From the NCBI RefSeq assembly GCF_009914755.1, contig NC_060941.1: 64,000 bases of DNA; one strand, 5' to 3'. This DNA comes from the human T2T-CHM13v2.0 reference genome, Homo sapiens. The notes under the pieces are model-generated. The model worked only from the letters and a program-made list of their open reading frames with translations. It was not told the DNA's origin and searched no databases. Every line of letters begins with the position of its first letter. Positions within the stretch are counted from its first letter, which is position 1. Both the position numbers and the translations under genes were made by a program. Shown here one piece after another: positions 58,915 to 64,000 of this stretch.

Positions 58915-59240
58915 GTGGGTCTCCAATGCATTTGCCATGATTCTCAACTCCAAAAAACTCTGAAAACCAAAACATGTTTCCGAAATGTGCCACAAACACG
59001 TTTAGCGGCACAGCGTGACCCGGTGTGAGGTGATTTCTGGTCCCGAAGTTGTCCTGTGATTGTGAGTCCTGCCAGCCCCACCAGGGACTGTTAGTGGAGT
59101 GATCATGTACTGCTGTCCACACCCCACGGAATCGTGATCGAACGCGCACCACTACATGCACACAGCACCTTCCTCTGCTCTGACGTATTCTGAATTCCAA
59201 GACATGTGGTGCCGAGTTCAGAGAAAGGACTGAAGACCTG
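58915..59240. mobile_element. MER46C/Tigger-like DNA transposon remnant
   Basis: tccaaaaaactctgaaaaccaaaa..attctgaattccaagacatgtgg..gaaaggactgaagacctg. Confidence 0.5.
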
Positions 59241-59711
59241 TAAGCCCAACACTTCTGCTCCGGGGTGGTCTACACTGACCCTGAGCAGGTGTTAAGGATG
59301 GAGGACCCCCTCACCCGCCCACACCTCCATGTGCACACACAGATGTATCCCCAGGCAGGGTTGATGCACCTGCGCTTTATTCTTTGCTTAAGGAGGAGGG
59401 GGATGCAAATGCAGGTACCCGGGGAGGGAGAAGGTCCACCGGAGGACCAGATAATGTCGGCCCCAGCCCAGCCTGAGCCTGCCCTACAGAAGCGGGCACG
59501 GGAAGAAAGCACAAAGTTCCATGGATGAAGAACTAAATGGAACAACCTGCAGGGACCCTGCAGGAGAGAACCCAGTATCAGGGAAGAGCATCTGTGTCTC
59601 CATGGATGGCAACAGCAGCTGGGTCTAGGCCAGAGGCAGGATGCCTTCCTCAGCTGGCTGGGGGGCTGTCTTTCAGGAGGCCAGCTGCAATATTAGCTCA
59701 ACTGTCTCTGA

Positions 59712-60710
<999 letters not shown>

Positions 60711-61111
60711 CACATTAGGTAACAGTTTCTTTTTAGCATTTGTGTAACCTTTAATAAAATAAAGTGATAATCACCTTGGTAAGCATGTCACTGAAATGTA
60801 AATGAAAAGTATTATTAAATCTGCCAAACTGGCTTCTAGAGGAGAGAAAGACTTAAATGGTTTCAGTTTCTCCTTCTTCCCTTCTCCCTCCATAGCCTAC
60901 CCACTCATCTGCTGAAATATCTTAGCTAAAGAAAATCCTTTTTGAAATTCTGAGTTTCTTTCCTAACAATTCCCACCACAGGTTTGATGTGCTGTTTGAT
61001 CTTACGGTCTATCATTTGTCCTTTGTTAATATCTGAGGATGGTTATTGCTCACATGTCTTTCATTTCTTCCCAAGGGTATATATGATTTTTGCTGTTTGG
61101 AAGTTGGTTGA

Positions 61112-62020
<909 letters not shown>

Positions 62021-62269
62021 ACTATGGGTATTTTAAGGACAAATGTTCCTTGGCTGTGGATCCAGGCTTTAATAAAAGTCACTTTTCTCTTGGCTGTATA
62101 CGAACTATCCCCACCTTTCTCTTCTCCTTGGCTGGCGTAACAGGACTCAAAGCCAGTCTCGTATCTTTAAACATGATCTCTCCTTTCTTCCTGGAAGATC
62201 TTGAAGTTTTTGAAGATTCACCCTTGTTGAACAGGTACCTGGAGGTGGGCCTTTTAATTTCCACACTGA

Positions 62270-64000
<1,731 letters not shown>

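Overview
Human-type genomic DNA, Alu-dense (more than 40 Alu copies or fragments). The gene order and translations match the 17q25.1 cluster KIF19 (+), BTBD17 (-), GPR142 (+). I rebuilt all three CDSs exon by exon from splice sites and phases. KIF19 has 20 coding exons (2997 nt, 998 aa). BTBD17 has 3 exons (1437 nt, 478 aa). GPR142 has 4 exons (462 aa), or 374 aa via an alternative donor and start. There is no evidence for a new protein-coding system: the other long ORFs are Alu, microsatellite or GC-rich shadow ORFs. The strongest second-look items are: (1) a 26-bp E-box/RFX X-box/NKX2 module upstream of the BTBD17 CCAAT and TATA boxes; (2) a multi-fragment templated insertion inside an Alu in KIF19 intron 2; (3) a 42-nt non-Alu sequence shared by two dissimilar Alus 42 kb apart; (4) uORF and dual-frame control of the GPR142 N-terminus; (5) KIF19 oddities: an in-frame uORF, a GC-AG intron, a stop-free 81-nt intron and a NAGNAG acceptor. 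Gene names, repeat families and reference alleles are from recall, not database searches. Repeat boundaries are approximate.
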